This document shows, one piece after another, positions 27,474-42,239 of a stretch of 64,000 nucleotides of DNA. This DNA comes from Octopus vulgaris (lineage: Eukaryota). Under the pieces are notes generated by a model. That model did not search any database. It was not told where the DNA came from and worked only from the letters and a program-made list of their open reading frames with translations. A program made the position numbers and the translations under genes. The DNA is taken from contig OX597823.1 of the NCBI GenBank assembly GCA_951406725.2, positions 114,886,001-114,950,000 of the forward strand, in the 5' to 3' direction. The number at the start of each line of letters is the position of its first letter. The first letter of the stretch is position 1.

Positions 27474-27925
27474 AATTAGAGATAAAACCACTATTAGGCA
27501 ACTCAAACAGTGATAGACATAAACCAATACATAAATAACAAAAATATAAATATAATTAATATAATATATAATATATATATAAAATATAAATTTTAAAATT
27601 TTACTTTTCAAATTTAAAATTTTTTATATTTTTTAATTTTTTAATTTTAATTTTTTTTTAATAAACCAAAAAGTATTAAAAAAAGACAAATATAATAATT
27701 TAAAAATATAAAAATTTAAAAATTTTAATTTTAATATATATATTATATATTATATTAATTATATTTATATTATTTGTTATTTATGTATTGGTTAATATCT
27801 ATCACTGTTTGAGTTGCATAATAGTGGTTTTATCTCTAATTTAATTTATATTTATACCGTGAAATTTGATTTAATCCTAAATCTAATTTTTCCCTGTAAG
27901 TTTGGATATACTCCCTAATATTATA
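27473..27925. repeat. AT-rich foldback element plus tail, bounded by (TA)n/(GATA)n
   Basis: aaattagagataaaaccactatt... (27473) pairs with ...aatagtggttttatctctaattt (27842). Tail 27859-27925 matches 1100-1168 (reverse complement) and 38340-38366. Confidence 0.85.
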
Positions 27926-27926
27926 T

Positions 27927-27993
<67 letters not shown>

Positions 27994-27999
27994 CATATA

Positions 28000-28036
<37 letters not shown>

Positions 28037-28129
28037 GGGGCTTAGTGGAAGGAATACGAGGGGAGAGTTGTTGAGAAATGAATGATGAAGGAAACAAAAT
28101 ATGAAAACATAGATAAAGACACAGTAATC

Positions 28130-28258
28130 AAGAAGAAGAAGAAGAAGAAGAAGAAGAAGAAGAAGAAGAAGAAGAAGAAGAAGAAGAAGAAGAAGAAGAA
28201 GAAGAAGAAGAAGAAGAAGAAGAAGAAGAAGAAGAAGAAGAAGAAGAAGAAGAAGAAG
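28130..28258. repeat. pure (GAA)n microsatellite
   Basis: Direct inspection. Confidence 0.97.
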
Positions 28259-28979
28259 GAGAAAGGAAGGAAGGAAGGATCGAATGAACGAACGAACGAA
28301 GGCACGCACGAAAGAAAGAAGAGAGGGGGGAGGCGGAGAGAGCCATGATCAATGAAATAAAAGACACGAGACGTTTAAACGGGGCAGAGATAGAGAGTAT
28401 GTGGAAGGGTGGATGGGCGGAGGTATAATGTCTGAATGAAGGGAGGAGCGTGGCGGAGAGATGAATGGATGGGTAGAGTGGCGTTGGCACTGGATGGATA
28501 AATAACTGGGTGGATAGGTGCAGGATGATTAAAGGGACATGCCGGGCGGAGGAATGGAGGGGAGGGTCTGGTTGTATAAGGGATTGTGAAACAGTGTAAT
28601 GGAGTGAAATGACGGGGGCAAATTACTAAATTGGTTCTTCTTCTTGTTGCTCTTGTTGTTTTTGTTGTTTAGCCCTAGGTCACACTTCTGCTTGCACATT
28701 CAACGTGAGCCTTCTCAAATTCCTTTATCCAACACGTGTTTTTCTAAGAAAGTAGAGCGGGATTTGCGATTCAGTGTCCTTCCTCATCATCAACTGGGGG
28801 CCTTATTACAGTACAGTTCCGTTCCGACTGTAGTCTTATGTCAGATTTAGATTTTTGCAGCACTATTTTCATTCAATCGCAACTGAAGCTGGAAAGCGAC
28901 TAAGTGATGGACGGTGGCAGGCAGCGGATGCCTGGGTCGGAGGAAGAGCTGCATTGCCAGACGTTGCCACAGTTATTGT

Positions 28980-29370
28980 GGATGGATGGAAGCACTCCGT
29001 CGGTTACGACGACGAGGGTTCTGGTTGATCCGATCAACGGAACAGCCAGCTCGTGAAATTAACGTGCAAGTGGCTGAGCACTCCACAGACACGTGTACCC
29101 TTAACGTAGTTCTCGGGGATATTCAGCGTGACACAGAGAGTGACAAGGTCGGCCCTTTGAAATACAGGTACAACAGAAACAGGAAGTAAGAGTGAGAGAA
29201 AGTTGTGGTGAAAGAGTACAGCAGGGATCACCACCATCCCTGCCGGAGCCTCATGGAGCTTTAGGTGTTTTCGCTCAATAAACACTCACAACGCTCGGTC
29301 TGGGAATCGAAACCGCGATCCTACGACCGCGAGTCCGCTGCCCTAACCACTGGGTCATTGCGCCTCCACA
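28980..29370 (-). mobile_element. SINE family C (tRNA-derived), full length, tail type 1
   Basis: Head gtggaggcgcaatgacccagtggttagggcagcggactcgcg...ggtttcgattccc; TSD acagttattgt at 28969-28979 and 29371-29381. Confidence 0.92.
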
Positions 29371-29919
29371 ACAGTTATTGTACGCGCAGCAACACAATGT
29401 CCGAAAATCGATTGCTATTACATTTTTATTTATTTATTTATTCATTGTGGTCTTAAGAGTGGATGGTCTTGTCGTAAGTCGAGGAGAAGGCGGTAATCAT
29501 TGGTATCTATCGTACTGATGAAGTGAGTTTTTCGATCGACTCCCCTCGTGAATTACTGCTATTTTTTTTTTTTTTGTATCGATCGTCTATTAATGAAAAT
29601 CAAATTTGAAGTCAGAGGAAATTTTGAAGGTAAAATCTGAAGTGACCCACGTGGTAAGGTTTCTCAGCTGATTCTGCCACACCACCACCCGGAACCATTA
29701 CAGTGCCAATCCTAAACGAAACCTGCCATTTACCCCACTCTACCTCACCTGAGTACCACTCCTCTTTCTATACCATCCTACATAATCCTACCCACCCACC
29801 CTCACACACAACCAATTCTGCTTCTACACCGCCCCAGCACCTCACCGCTGCCGAGATATGAAATAAAAATTATAAGAAAAATAACGAGGAGACTTTGTTT
29901 TTGTTAAATATGAATATAT

Positions 29920-30307
29920 GCGCATGCGTGGCTTTGTGGTAAGACGCTTGCTTCCCAACTGCATGGTTCCGGGTTCAGTCCCACAGTGTGTGGGACGAGT
30001 GTCTTCTACTACAGCCTCGGGCCGACTAAAGCCTTGCGAGTGAATTTGGTAGACGGAAACTGAAAGAAGCCTGTCGTGTATATATATATATATATATATA
30101 TTTGAGTGTATCTTTGTGTCTGTGTTTGTCTTCCCACCATCGCTTGACAACCGATGTTGGTGTGTTTATATTCACGAAACTTAGTGGGAACATAAGTACT
30201 AGGCTTACAAAGAATAAGTACATGGGGTCGATTTGTTCGCCTAAAAGCGGTGCTCCAGCATGGCCGCAGCGAAATGGCTGAAACGTGAGAAAAGAGTAAA
30301 GAGTAAA
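29920..30307 (+). mobile_element. SINE family A, full length
   Basis: Colinear with other copies; (aaaagagt) tail. Confidence 0.9.
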
Positions 30308-30380
30308 ATTAGTTTCGAATTATGAAAAAAAAACAAGCGATTTGATAGCTGTTATCCAGGAGGGGGGTGCGTGCCTGTGT

Positions 30381-30424
<44 letters not shown>

Positions 30425-31131
30425 TATAGATAGGAAAACTGATCTTTGTGTGAGTTACAGATATAGGTATGAGAGATGCTGGAATATGTGTTTGTGCATA
30501 AGAGATAGATATGGATGTGATATAAACAAGAAGATAGATGCGCGTACGTATGTGTGCATGTGCGTAGGGGGAAAAGAGGGGATGAAAGCGAGAGAGACAG
30601 AGAAAGAGAGAGACAGACAGACAGAGAGAGAGAGAGAGAGAGATGAGATATGGATAGGATAATATATGGAGATATATGTGAAAGAAAGAAAGAAAGAAAG
30701 AAAGATGGAAAAAGTAACAAAGATGGTGGGGTTAGGAAGAAATGAGATATACATAGGGTAATATATGTATATATGTATAGGTTACAGATTAAGATATGAT
30801 TAGATAGAGTAAATTATGTACGTATGTATGTATATTCGACATTGATACATGTGTGTGTGCGTATATATTAGTGTGTGTATATATATATGTATATATATGT
30901 ATATATACATATACATGCACACAGGCTCAAACACACACACAAACACACATCCTCACACACATATATATGTATACATATGATAGGTAATATATATTGGGGA
31001 TCGATGAATCACACGTAATATATATGCGTTTTCGTGTGTGTATGTGTGTGTATGTGTGTGTGTGTGAGTGTGTGTTGGTGTGTGTGTGTGTGTGTGTGTG
31101 TCTGTGTACGTATGAATTTATGTATGTATAT

Positions 31132-31358
31132 ATGATGATAGTTGTGATGGTTGTAGCGATGGCAGTGAAAGATAATGTGGTGATGGTGATGGTGGTGGTG
31201 ATGATGGTGCTAGTGCTGAGGATGGTAGTGGTGGTGGTGGTGGTGGTGGTGATGATGATGATGATGATTTTGATGATGATGGTGGTCGTCGTGATGATGG
31301 TGGTCGTCGTGATGAAGATGATGATGATGATGGCGGTGGTGGTGGTGGCGGTGGTGGA

Positions 31359-31389
<31 letters not shown>

Positions 31390-31452
31390 GTAGTGGTGGT
31401 GGTGGCGGTGGTGGCGGCGGTGGTGGAGATGATGATGATGATGATGATGATG
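31132..31452. repeat. compound (GAT)n/(GGT)n trinucleotide tract
   Basis: Direct inspection; source of the poly-H/M/V pseudo-ORFs. Confidence 0.9.
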
Positions 31453-31966
31453 CCGGAATATGGTAGATTGAGTTGTGGAATCCCTATTGGTTGATAATGC
31501 CATGCCATTTAATAGAGAGAATATCGATAAACAAACCGGGTCGGGAGGAGTGAAGGGGGAGGGCTGAGAGGATTAAGTGGGTTTTTTTGTTTTTTTAGTG
31601 GCTTTTGTTTCAATACGCGAGTTACAGGCGGTCTGTGAGGGTCTGTATAATGGTGTATGAGGGTGTGGTTGGCACGGTTGGCGGGTCGCTCTAAAATACT
31701 GTATGTTAATAAGATCGTTGGACGTGGAACACATGTAAATGTTTGAAATGTTTTACGCTCAGTGAACAGGAATACCACCCACCACATCCACCCTTAACTC
31801 CACTGAAACATAATTAAAAATAATAGCATACACACGGCAACAGCATATTACGGATAAACACTTACGCATTAAGACAATCATAAGTACGCATGCACCCAAA
31901 TATATTTCGTACGTTTATAATGACAATTATACATACATATATATATATACATACATATATATACAG

Positions 31967-32001
<35 letters not shown>

Positions 32002-32021
32002 CAAACATAGAAATATACATG

Positions 32022-32142
<121 letters not shown>

Positions 32143-32174
32143 CATATATATATACATATATACATATATATATA

Positions 32175-32250
<76 letters not shown>

Positions 32251-32269
32251 CAGCTCTGAGCTGAAACGG

Positions 32270-32305
<36 letters not shown>

Positions 32306-32377
32306 GTGTGAGTGTGTGTGTGTGTGTGTGTGTACATACATATATAATGACATCTATAGATAGATAGATAGATAGAC

Positions 32378-32445
<68 letters not shown>

Positions 32446-32599
32446 GGGGTAATGGGCGGAGAAAGGGGACAGCAAGTTAAATGAGTTGACTGGCTGCGTA
32501 TGTTATTGCAAGAATTTGAATTTGTACGCTTCTATAATTTTCAGCAGTTCGATAATTCGTGACTGAGAATTCTACGTTTGTTTTATAAGTTACTATGAA

Positions 32600-32790
32600 G
32601 GTGGATCTATGTTGTTCGACGAAGGGGATTCAGATGTCTAATCAACTGAAATACCTGTTAAGGGATTTTAACTTTGTAAGTGGCTGAGAATTCCAGAGAC
32701 GTGTGCTTCTAACGCAATTCCCGAGCAGAATCAGCGTGACGCAATATGTGACAAAGCCCCATCTTTTGCACATTTGGAACAACCCGTGCA
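32600..32790 (-). mobile_element. old, highly diverged family-C-like SINE tail
   Basis: gtaagtggctgagaattccagagacgtgtg...cagcgtgacgcaatatgtgacaa resembles 29068-29147. Confidence 0.6.
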
Positions 32791-32957
32791 ACGGATTTTT
32801 TGTTTTAAAGACTTCTGACGAATCGCAAGGAATCGGTTCACCCGGATCTACAGAAAATGATGTTTAGCCAAGATGCTGCGAAATTAGGTTGAACTCGGGA
32901 ATTGCGAAAGAGCTTTTAACCATTTTAACCTGGTCATGTGTGTATATATATATATAA

Positions 32958-33050
32958 TATAGGATAAAATTTTTCGAAAAAAATTTTATCAATGGCCAGT
33001 ATATTAAAAATACCTTTAAAGGTTAAATTTATAAATAACTTATAAATAAG
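32958..33050. repeat. (TA)n-adjacent dispersed repeat, copy 2
   Basis: Reverse complement of ~9300-9383. Confidence 0.7.
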
Positions 33051-33070
33051 TTTTATATGTTTTATAAGTC

Positions 33071-33138
<68 letters not shown>

Positions 33139-33720
33139 GGTAACAAAAGTAAATTATTATTTACTTATTTATTAATTATTATAATTTACTTTTATTACCC
33201 TATTTACTATGTTTAAATATTGCTCGATAAATTTGCTCGTAAATTTTTATCGGCATCCTCTCTGTTCGCCGGGTATGATTTGCGTCTGCGCACTGGTCTG
33301 AAAAGTTAGGGTATACAGCTCGTTAGATTTGCATTGCTTCTTGCGGTATGTACAGCTCGGATTACAAAGGCTTCCTGCTGACGATTCTGGCCTTGGCAGA
33401 TAAATTCTATTCATTTGTTAAAAAAAAAGATGAAACTGCAGTACAGGATTAGCTGAGATGGTAAACGTTTTTGATTTTCTTTCCATTTCATGAATTTATC
33501 CCCTTTTTGTGTATCTAGCACTCGGTTCTTTATTTTGAAGCCTAGCACTCGGTTCTTTATTTTGAAGCCTTTTAATGTATATATATATATATATATATAC
33601 GTATAAAACTTAATTGGAAGATGATGCGTAGCGTTCAGTCATATAATGGCATAATATATATATATGCATATATACATAAGTGTATATACATACATCTATA
33701 CGTGTATATATATATATATA

Positions 33721-33926
33721 TGTGACCTCGAGTGTACCGTTGGCGATTTTTTTCCCTCTGTCTTCCCTTCTCTGGATCTTTCCTTCTCCTATGTTTCCGA
33801 CGAAGAGCTCCGCTCGGAACGTTAAACCCTCCTTCTTTCCTTCTTTCCTGAGCGTCCAATAATACTATATTTGTTCCATGTCCTCGCGTTGTTGTGTTTT
33901 TTTTGTGCTTTCTTGTTTGGATTAAC
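33721..33926 (+). mobile_element. (TA)n-flanked H1 cassette with minimal hammerhead-like motif at 33793-33827
   Basis: gttt-CCGACGA-a-gagc-tcc-gctc-GGAAC-GTT-aaac; stems intact, two core substitutions. Ends ggattaac(ta)n. Confidence 0.72.
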
Positions 33927-33949
33927 TATATATAAATATATATATATAT

Positions 33950-34545
33950 ATGCATATGTGGGCACAGGACCTCACAAACGTGTACAACAAAAATATACAA
34001 AGTACGAGTACGTGGAATATGAACTACTTTTTCTAACAACGAAAGACACAAATGGAAAACAAGACAAACAACATAAAGAACAACCCTTCATCAGTTGTTG
34101 GTTGTTTTTCTACTCTTGTATTTCGAGCATTTAACAACAATATACACTTTCGATAAAACAGTTGCTCCCGCAAAGCAAATTAAATAAAATTTGGGATTTT
34201 GCGGAGGGTCAATATTGGTAACACAAAAAGGCTGTGAAAACAAACAGGAAAGGCAGTTAGGCATAAATCAAGCTTGGACAGGAGACAGACAAGAACACGT
34301 CTTCCTTGATCCAGCTACAGCAGAGAGAAAGAATCACAAATTAAGAGAAGAAAGATGGTCGCGTTTGAGCCACGTGAGCCAGGAAGGAGGAGTGAGGGAA
34401 AGCGAGTGACAGAGAGAGAGAGAACTTTGAAGGCGAGAGGAAAAAATTGGAGATAGGATGTTCGAAAAATAGTTCATATTCCATGTACTCGTACTTCGTG
34501 TTTTTTTTTTTGTTGTACACGTTTGTGACGTCCTGTGTCCACATA

Positions 34546-34550
<5 letters not shown>
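33950..34550. mobile_element. (TA)n-flanked element with ~90-bp terminal inverted repeats
   Basis: atgcatatgtgggcacaggacctcacaaacgtgtacaac...ggaatatgaactac (33950-34038) versus the reverse complement at 34459-34550. Confidence 0.85.
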
Positions 34551-34604
<54 letters not shown>

Positions 34605-35630
34605 GTATAGATGTATGTACAAATACGTATGTATATATATACATACACACACATACACACACATATAAACAGAAACAGAGACATGTTAATATGCATGCTT
34701 ATATCTGTTATATGTACACACACGCGTATGAATAGGCACATGTACGTATATATACACACATGCACATATATATATATATATGAAACACGTTTAATATGGA
34801 AATATATACAGCTGTTTATTTATTTATAATAGATATGTAGCCATCTTGTCGTCTCTAAACTAAACAATAATATATCCTATAATTTTCTTACACTCTTGTT
34901 TCGGAGACTGTTGTCTCTTTTTCATAGAAAATGCATCCTTGAATCCATGCTTACATAGTAAACAAGTTATCTAAATAACTTAAATTATCTGTTCTAATTT
35001 GCATATAACACTTTAATCGCTTCCGTAGTTTATTATGCAGTATATATTTACATTTAACACAACCGAGCTCATAAAGTCATATTTACAGGCCACAGAAATG
35101 ATTTCCAGCTATGTTTTCATTTACTTAAAAAAAGCATTAGAATGTTTACACATCGATCGAAATCTCATACCCAAGAAGCCTCTCAATAAATAACAGCATA
35201 TATTGCTGCTCTATGTATTGTTTACATATTAAGACTGAAGCTATGTCCAGTATATCTTTTGTGTTTACTTTTTTTAAACATTGGACTATTATGGCCATGC
35301 TGGTGTCCCGCCTTAAAGGGTTTAGTCAAAGAAATCGAAGCAGGTACATATTTTTTAAACATAGTATGTGTCGGGTCCTTTTTTTGTGAACCGCTAGATA
35401 AAGGTTCGTAAACAAACCATCAGACACATGGGTTCGTATAAAGAACTATGACTAATTTGTAGAGAACATGCCGCCTTAACATTGGTCTCTCTCCAGCTCG
35501 TTGAATCTTCACGTCAGTGGTGATGGTCGATGGGTGTCTGGCACTCTCTTCATGCTTCATGCTTATCCTGTCACTTTTAAATTTCTCGATTCACTAATAC
35601 ACCTTTCTACGCGGTAGCTCGCTCTACCCA

Positions 35631-36099
35631 TATTTCTTTACTGCCCACAATTTGAACTCTGAACTTAGCGGCAGACGAAATACCTATTTCTTTACTACCC
35701 ACAAGGGGCTAAATACAGAGGCGACAAACAAGGACAGACAAATGAATTAAGTAGATTATATCGACCCCAATGCGAAACTGGTACTTTATTTATCGACCCC
35801 GAAAGGATGAAAGGCAAAGTCGACCTCGGCGGAATCTGAACTCAGAACGTGACGGCAGACGAAATACCTATTTCTTTATTACCCACAAGGGGCTAAACAT
35901 AGAGGGGACAAACAAGGACAGACATAGGTATTAAGTCGATTACATCGACCCCAGTGCGTAACTGGTACTTAATTTATCGACCCCGAAAGGATAAAAGGTA
36001 AAGTCGACCTCGGCGGAATTTGAACTCACAACGTAACGGCAGACGAAATACCGCTGAGCATTTCGCCCGGCGTGCTAACGTTTCTGCCAGCTCACCTCC
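35631..36099 (-). mobile_element. SINE family B multimer (two full units plus a partial one)
   Basis: Repeated ~175-bp unit with junction gacgaaatacctatttcttt. Confidence 0.9.
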
Positions 36100-36497
36100 T
36101 CTTATACTGAAAACCTGCGATGAGTTTCAGTCCCTGACACACCTTAACATCAGAGAAATCCGATCACTCATCCCTGTTCTTCCTTTCCACTCAGCCAGCA
36201 AAGAGATCATATGTACCACGTGACACAAGAAAGAAAACAGGAGCGATCAAGATTAAACCTCGGTTACTTAATCACAATAATACTACCTTGAAGCAGTCCT
36301 GGTAACCTAAAGAATTATTGTGGCCAAAGTGTAGATAATGTTAGACTTCACCTTCAATATGTCTATATGGCGAGCATTTTCGTTTTCCGCCAACCAAATT
36401 CACTCACAGGCTTTAGTCACTCTGAGGTTATTGCAGAAGTTAAGACCACGTGGCTGGGATGCAAACTTACCCACACAACCGACCCCTACGCCTATAT

Positions 36498-36559
<62 letters not shown>

Positions 36560-36560
<1 letters not shown>

Positions 36561-36840
36561 CTTTATTTGACTGCGGACATGCTGGAGCACCACCTTTAGT
36601 CGAATAAATCGACTCTCAGACTTATTCTTTGTAAGCATAGTACTTCTTCTATCGGTTTCTTTCTGCCGAACCGCTAGTAACGGGCACGTTAACATACCAA
36701 AGTTTTCGTTCACTAAATCCACTCACAAGGCCTTGGTCGGCCCGAAGTAGACGCCACATGCACAAGGTACCACGCAGTGAGATTGAACCCGGAAGTATGT
36801 GGTTAGGGAACAAGCTGCTTACTATACAGCCATTCCTGCG

Positions 36841-36841
<1 letters not shown>
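36560..36841 (-). mobile_element. SINE family A, internally deleted
   Basis: 3' and 5' halves joined without the central microsatellite. A second degenerate head lies at 36378-36492. Confidence 0.8.
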
Positions 36842-36910
<69 letters not shown>

Positions 36911-37190
36911 TAGATAGATAGATAGATATATAGATATATATATGAAATATTTGAAATGGAGGTTGCACCTATGGTGGAGACGTTTGACTATAAAATTGGA
37001 ATGTTAAGATTGGATATGATGTGTGTAGCGTGTAGGGTGGTCAATGTATATTGTGTCTATGTGTGTTTGTATGTGTGTGTCTGTCTGCTCATTGTATGTG
37101 GCCGTGAATGCAAGTGTGTCAGTATGTATGGATATGTGTGCGTGTGTGTGTCTGTCTATGTATACAGAAAGAGATGTATGTATGCGTGTA

Positions 37191-37223
<33 letters not shown>

Positions 37224-37643
37224 TTGTGTGTCTGTGTGTGTGTCTACACACACAAGAGGACACACTTGCCTGCACACACAAAATGAAAAAATACCCACTC
37301 ACACACACACACACACACACACATAGAAACAAACAAACAAGACACATACACACACACACGAGCACAAGTAAGCACTCTCACACCCGACTCAGAAACAGAC
37401 AATGAAAGCGAACAGATAATGGCTTATTTCCCAGTCGGCTTATAAATTCTGTTATGAATCATTACAGAGTTATTGTACATATGTATATATATATATATAT
37501 ACACACACACACATATATATGTTTTTTTTTTCAGACACACACACGCGTAACTGCATATATATGTGTAAGAGTATGACTGTATTGATGATGCAGGCGGTAA
37601 CGGTGGTGGTGGTGATAGTGGCAGTAGCAGTTGAAGTAGTAGT

Positions 37644-37682
<39 letters not shown>

Positions 37683-38116
37683 GATACTCAGTTTTTATAT
37701 TGTAATAAATATGGTTGCTTTAGTTGCTATTTAGCCCCAGGTCACTGTGATCCAGCAGATTAGCAAACCTATGATAAAGAAAAAAAAAAATTCCATGTAC
37801 AGCGACCTCCTATGTTGGTATATATATATGTACTTATTTCTATAGTTATCATCTGCTGTGCATGAGTGATTATTCACGGACCATTTATTCCAAGGTTGTG
37901 GAGACATTTATCGCTTGTTCTCACTCTCTAATCAAATCCTTCTTAACTAATGAAATTGATAAAGGAACTTTGGGGGTTTTTTTATAGCTTTGGACCTTTA
38001 TTATGTGTCAGCTTCGCGATGTACAATTTCAAAAAAATTGTTCCACACTCTCTCGAAAGTTCATAAATTTCTCATGACGTCACCTATACACATACATATA
38101 TATGTATATGTATATG

Positions 38117-38166
<50 letters not shown>

Positions 38167-38178
38167 TATACACATATG

Positions 38179-38213
<35 letters not shown>

Positions 38214-38217
<4 letters not shown>

Positions 38218-38372
38218 TTAGAGATAAAACCACTATTAGGCAAATCAAACAATGAAAAACATAAGCCAATACATAAAATTAATTAATTTATATTATTTTA
38301 AATATATATCAAAAGTATTAATTTTAATAAAAGATAATGAGTAAGTTTGGATTTATTTCCTAATATTTTATT
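38214..38372 (+). repeat. single-arm copy of the 27473 family between (TA)n tracts
   Basis: aaattagagataaaaccactattaggcaaatcaaacaatga ... gtaagtttggattta. Confidence 0.75.
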
Positions 38373-38383
38373 ATATATATATA

Positions 38384-38446
<63 letters not shown>

Positions 38447-38662
38447 GAAAAAATGGAGTTCTTTCATATACTTATAATTTTAAAATAAACATACAAATTT
38501 CCGCACGAAGACACGTAGTCTATGCCCTAGGGACGTAGCTTCAACCGTGTTCTTTCTAATGTGAATTTGCTACGCAGGTATCGGTTATCTTTCGAATTAT
38601 CCTTAATAAGATAATTCATTCAATTACTTATATATATATGTATGTATATATATATTGCAAAA

Positions 38663-38868
38663 TTGTGGTTTCCGTTCCTGGACCGGGTGACGCGTTGTGT
38701 TCTTGAGCAAAACCCTTGATTTCACGTTGCTCTAGTCCACTCAGCTGGCAAAAATGAGTAACGCTGCGATGGACTGGCGTCCCGTCCAGCTAGGGAACAC
38801 ATACGCCACTGAAACCTGGAAACCGGGTCCATGAGCCTGGGTAGGCTCTAAAAAGGCGCATTTATTTT
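38663..38868 (+). mobile_element. 5'-truncated CORE-type SINE with tail type 2
   Basis: gtgttcttgagcaaaaccc..tttcacgttgctctagtccactcagctg is shared with SINE D. Tail gatggactggcgtcc...aaaaggcgcat is shared with 42240-42544. Confidence 0.8.
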
Positions 38869-38873
38869 ATATA

Positions 38874-38909
<36 letters not shown>

Positions 38910-38972
38910 TGTATGTGTATATATATGTGTGTGTGTATGTGTGTGTATGTGTGTGTGTATATATACACATAC

Positions 38973-39373
<401 letters not shown>

Positions 39374-39680
39374 GAAAATACCACGATATGAGATAAATGT
39401 TAATTTTCTGAGAGATTTTACATGTTTCGGTTGCGATTCTAGTCAACGCACAAGACAGCCATCATGCTTCCACGCACAGAACTCCACCACGTGGACTCTG
39501 TTGAGACTAGTAAGAAACAATTATGGACTTTTTTTATTACACTTAATTTTTTTAAATATATATTTTTGACAAGGTTCGTTTTGTTCAAGAAGAACCGAAA
39601 CTTAAATTAAAATTTATCTTATTTAGTGGGGATTTCAAACTTCTTATTTATAAATATATACCCACTCGTACGCCACCTAC

Positions 39681-39747
<67 letters not shown>

Positions 39748-39889
39748 TTATATATATACTTACTTGAAAATGGGTGCGTGGTGTTCAATTAAATAGTAAT
39801 AATAAATAATATATATATACATATATATATTATTTTTTATTATTATGATAATTATTATTATAATTATTATTATTATTATTATTATTATC

Positions 39890-39946
<57 letters not shown>

Positions 39947-39952
39947 TATATA

Positions 39953-40270
39953 GTGGTTGTTTACTCCTTATGCAGAGTCTGACTACCTCTTGTACTTACG
40001 CCTTAAATACATCATGGCGGCCGCAGTGGTTTTTTATAACCAAGTATTGAAAGATACCCACATAGATTGCATGTCTGATATGGATCACCGAGAGCTGCAG
40101 TTAAGTTCTGGTCTTTGCGGATCTTAAAATGTTTGTTGAGGTCACCGTTAGATTTGCAGACCTTATGGCATACACGGCACTGAAAATTTTGCACTGATAT
40201 ATAGGGAAAGTAGTTGGTAGAGGTTCGTTTTTCATGGGTCCGAAAATGAGATTTGAGCCCAGTTGACGAA
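39953..40270 (-). mobile_element. LINE (RTE-like) 3' end with degenerate C2H2 zinc fingers
   Basis: [12 protein letters not shown]...[23 protein letters not shown]...CNLCG; non-TGEKP linkers, last finger broken, flanked by (TA)n. Confidence 0.55.
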
Positions 40271-40303
40271 CATATATACATATATATGCATGTGTATATA
40301 TGT

Positions 40304-40364
<61 letters not shown>

Positions 40365-40443
40365 GAGTAAACACATAAATGTGAAATAAGGTGCAAAAAA
40401 GAGTACTCAAATGCCAGGGGTAGAGTAATATGTATATAGAGTA

Positions 40444-40499
<56 letters not shown>

Positions 40500-40528
40500 G
40501 TATATATATAGGTATATGTGTGTGTATG

Positions 40529-40565
<37 letters not shown>

Positions 40566-41047
40566 GCACGTTGATTTACATAACCACATGAGCATACACA
40601 CACACAGGTATGTATGTGCCTGTATATGGTATTTGCGTTTGTTTATGCATTCGTACATGAGAAAATATGGGGAAGGGTGCATAAGCGTGTGTGTCAGTGC
40701 GCATGTCTGTATATGTCTATACACACACGCACAAACACACACACACACACATCCATATATACATGCCCACAGCCCCGAGCTGAAACTACAGCATAAAGAA
40801 AATGTATGTATGTATGAATGGATTGATGTGTGTGTATGCATTTACATCTATATAATTATACATATATAATACACACACACATATAAATCTATATTAGATA
40901 TTCTCTAATTCTAATGTATATAAAGTGGATCTTACAGGACAGACCATTTCTGTTGCATTCCTGAAGAATTTGTCAGACAGTGACTCCTTCCGTTTCTAAG
41001 GGAATCACCAACTACAATTACGCACACCAATTCATCGCCCCACCCCC

Positions 41048-41078
<31 letters not shown>

Positions 41079-41659
41079 GTGACATCAAACATCACAACAA
41101 ACTTACTTGAATACGGAACATTATTTTCATTGATATGTGAATCATAAACTAATAATTACGCACACAGATGTACCGCCATACATGTGTATATGTGTGTGTA
41201 TATATATGTGTGTATACATGCGTGTGCCTGTGTGTGTACTGGCATGTTGAATGCCATACATGCAACAAAAATTCCTGATCTATTGAAAATGGTTCCGCCT
41301 GCAGAGAATGTCTCATAATCACCAATTAGCAATTGTGACGGGGTCCTCTTCAGAAGAGGAGGTAATCTTAAGTTTCAAGTATTCTCCAAAACTGACAGGC
41401 CATTCAAAAAAGGATAGGCTTATTGTTTGGAGATATGGTGGAGATAGTGGCGGAGGCGTGTTTCTGCCTCAATAGCTTTCGCTCACACGACAATTGGCCG
41501 ATCTCATCTCCAGCGACCAAAGGATTTCGATTTATACAAAACAGAGCAGAAAACAGATATGGCCAAGGTAATTATCTGAATTCAAACGAAAATGAACTGA
41601 GAAATAACTCAAAGTGGACAGTGGCATATATGTGAATAGCTTGAATAAATATCGATTTC

Positions 41660-42093
41660 ATTTCAAAATTGGGCACAAGGCCAGCAACTTCAGGGAAGAG
41701 TGAAAGCCGATTACAGCGACGTCTGTGCTCAACAGACCCCTAAAGGATGAACGGTCACGTTGACTGCGGCAGAATTTGAACAAAATGCTGTTAATCGTTC
41801 TGAACGGCGCACTAGCGATTTCGCCAGCTCGCCGCCTAACTCAAACAAATATTTACATGATAAATAGCATATAATAACAATTCTTGATAAATTGGTTTCA
41901 AATATTGGCACAGAGACCGCAATTTCGAAGGAGTGGGTAAGTTGATTACATCGACCCCTGTGCTCAACGGGTGCATGTTTTATCGATTCCGAAACAGTAA
42001 AAAAGCAGAATTTGAACTGAGATCGTAAAAATGAGGTAAATGCTGAGCGGCATTTTGCCCGGCGCGCCAACAATTCTGCTAGCTTGCCGCCTT
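41660..42093 (-). mobile_element. two diverged family-B SINE monomers in tandem
   Basis: 41660-41836 and 41895-42093, each ttggcaca..gc...gattaca.cgac...gaatttgaac...gccagctcgccgcc. Confidence 0.75.
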
Positions 42094-42239
42094 ATTAAAA
42101 TTAAGACACAATATACCGTCCATTGCAGGAATTTGTAATCAATGTCCGTATGATCGTGAGACGAACAACCCGAGCCACCAGACGACGAGTTTTTACAAAA
42201 TGTGTGATGTAAATATTTGATATTCTCCCTACATAAACT

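Noticed and set aside
31210-31503. Poly-histidine ORF
   Set aside because: Translation of (GAT)n/(GGT)n microsatellite.
37850-38085. Possible Tc1/mariner C-terminal remnant on the minus strand
   Set aside because: Similarity too weak and stop-ridden to support by eye.
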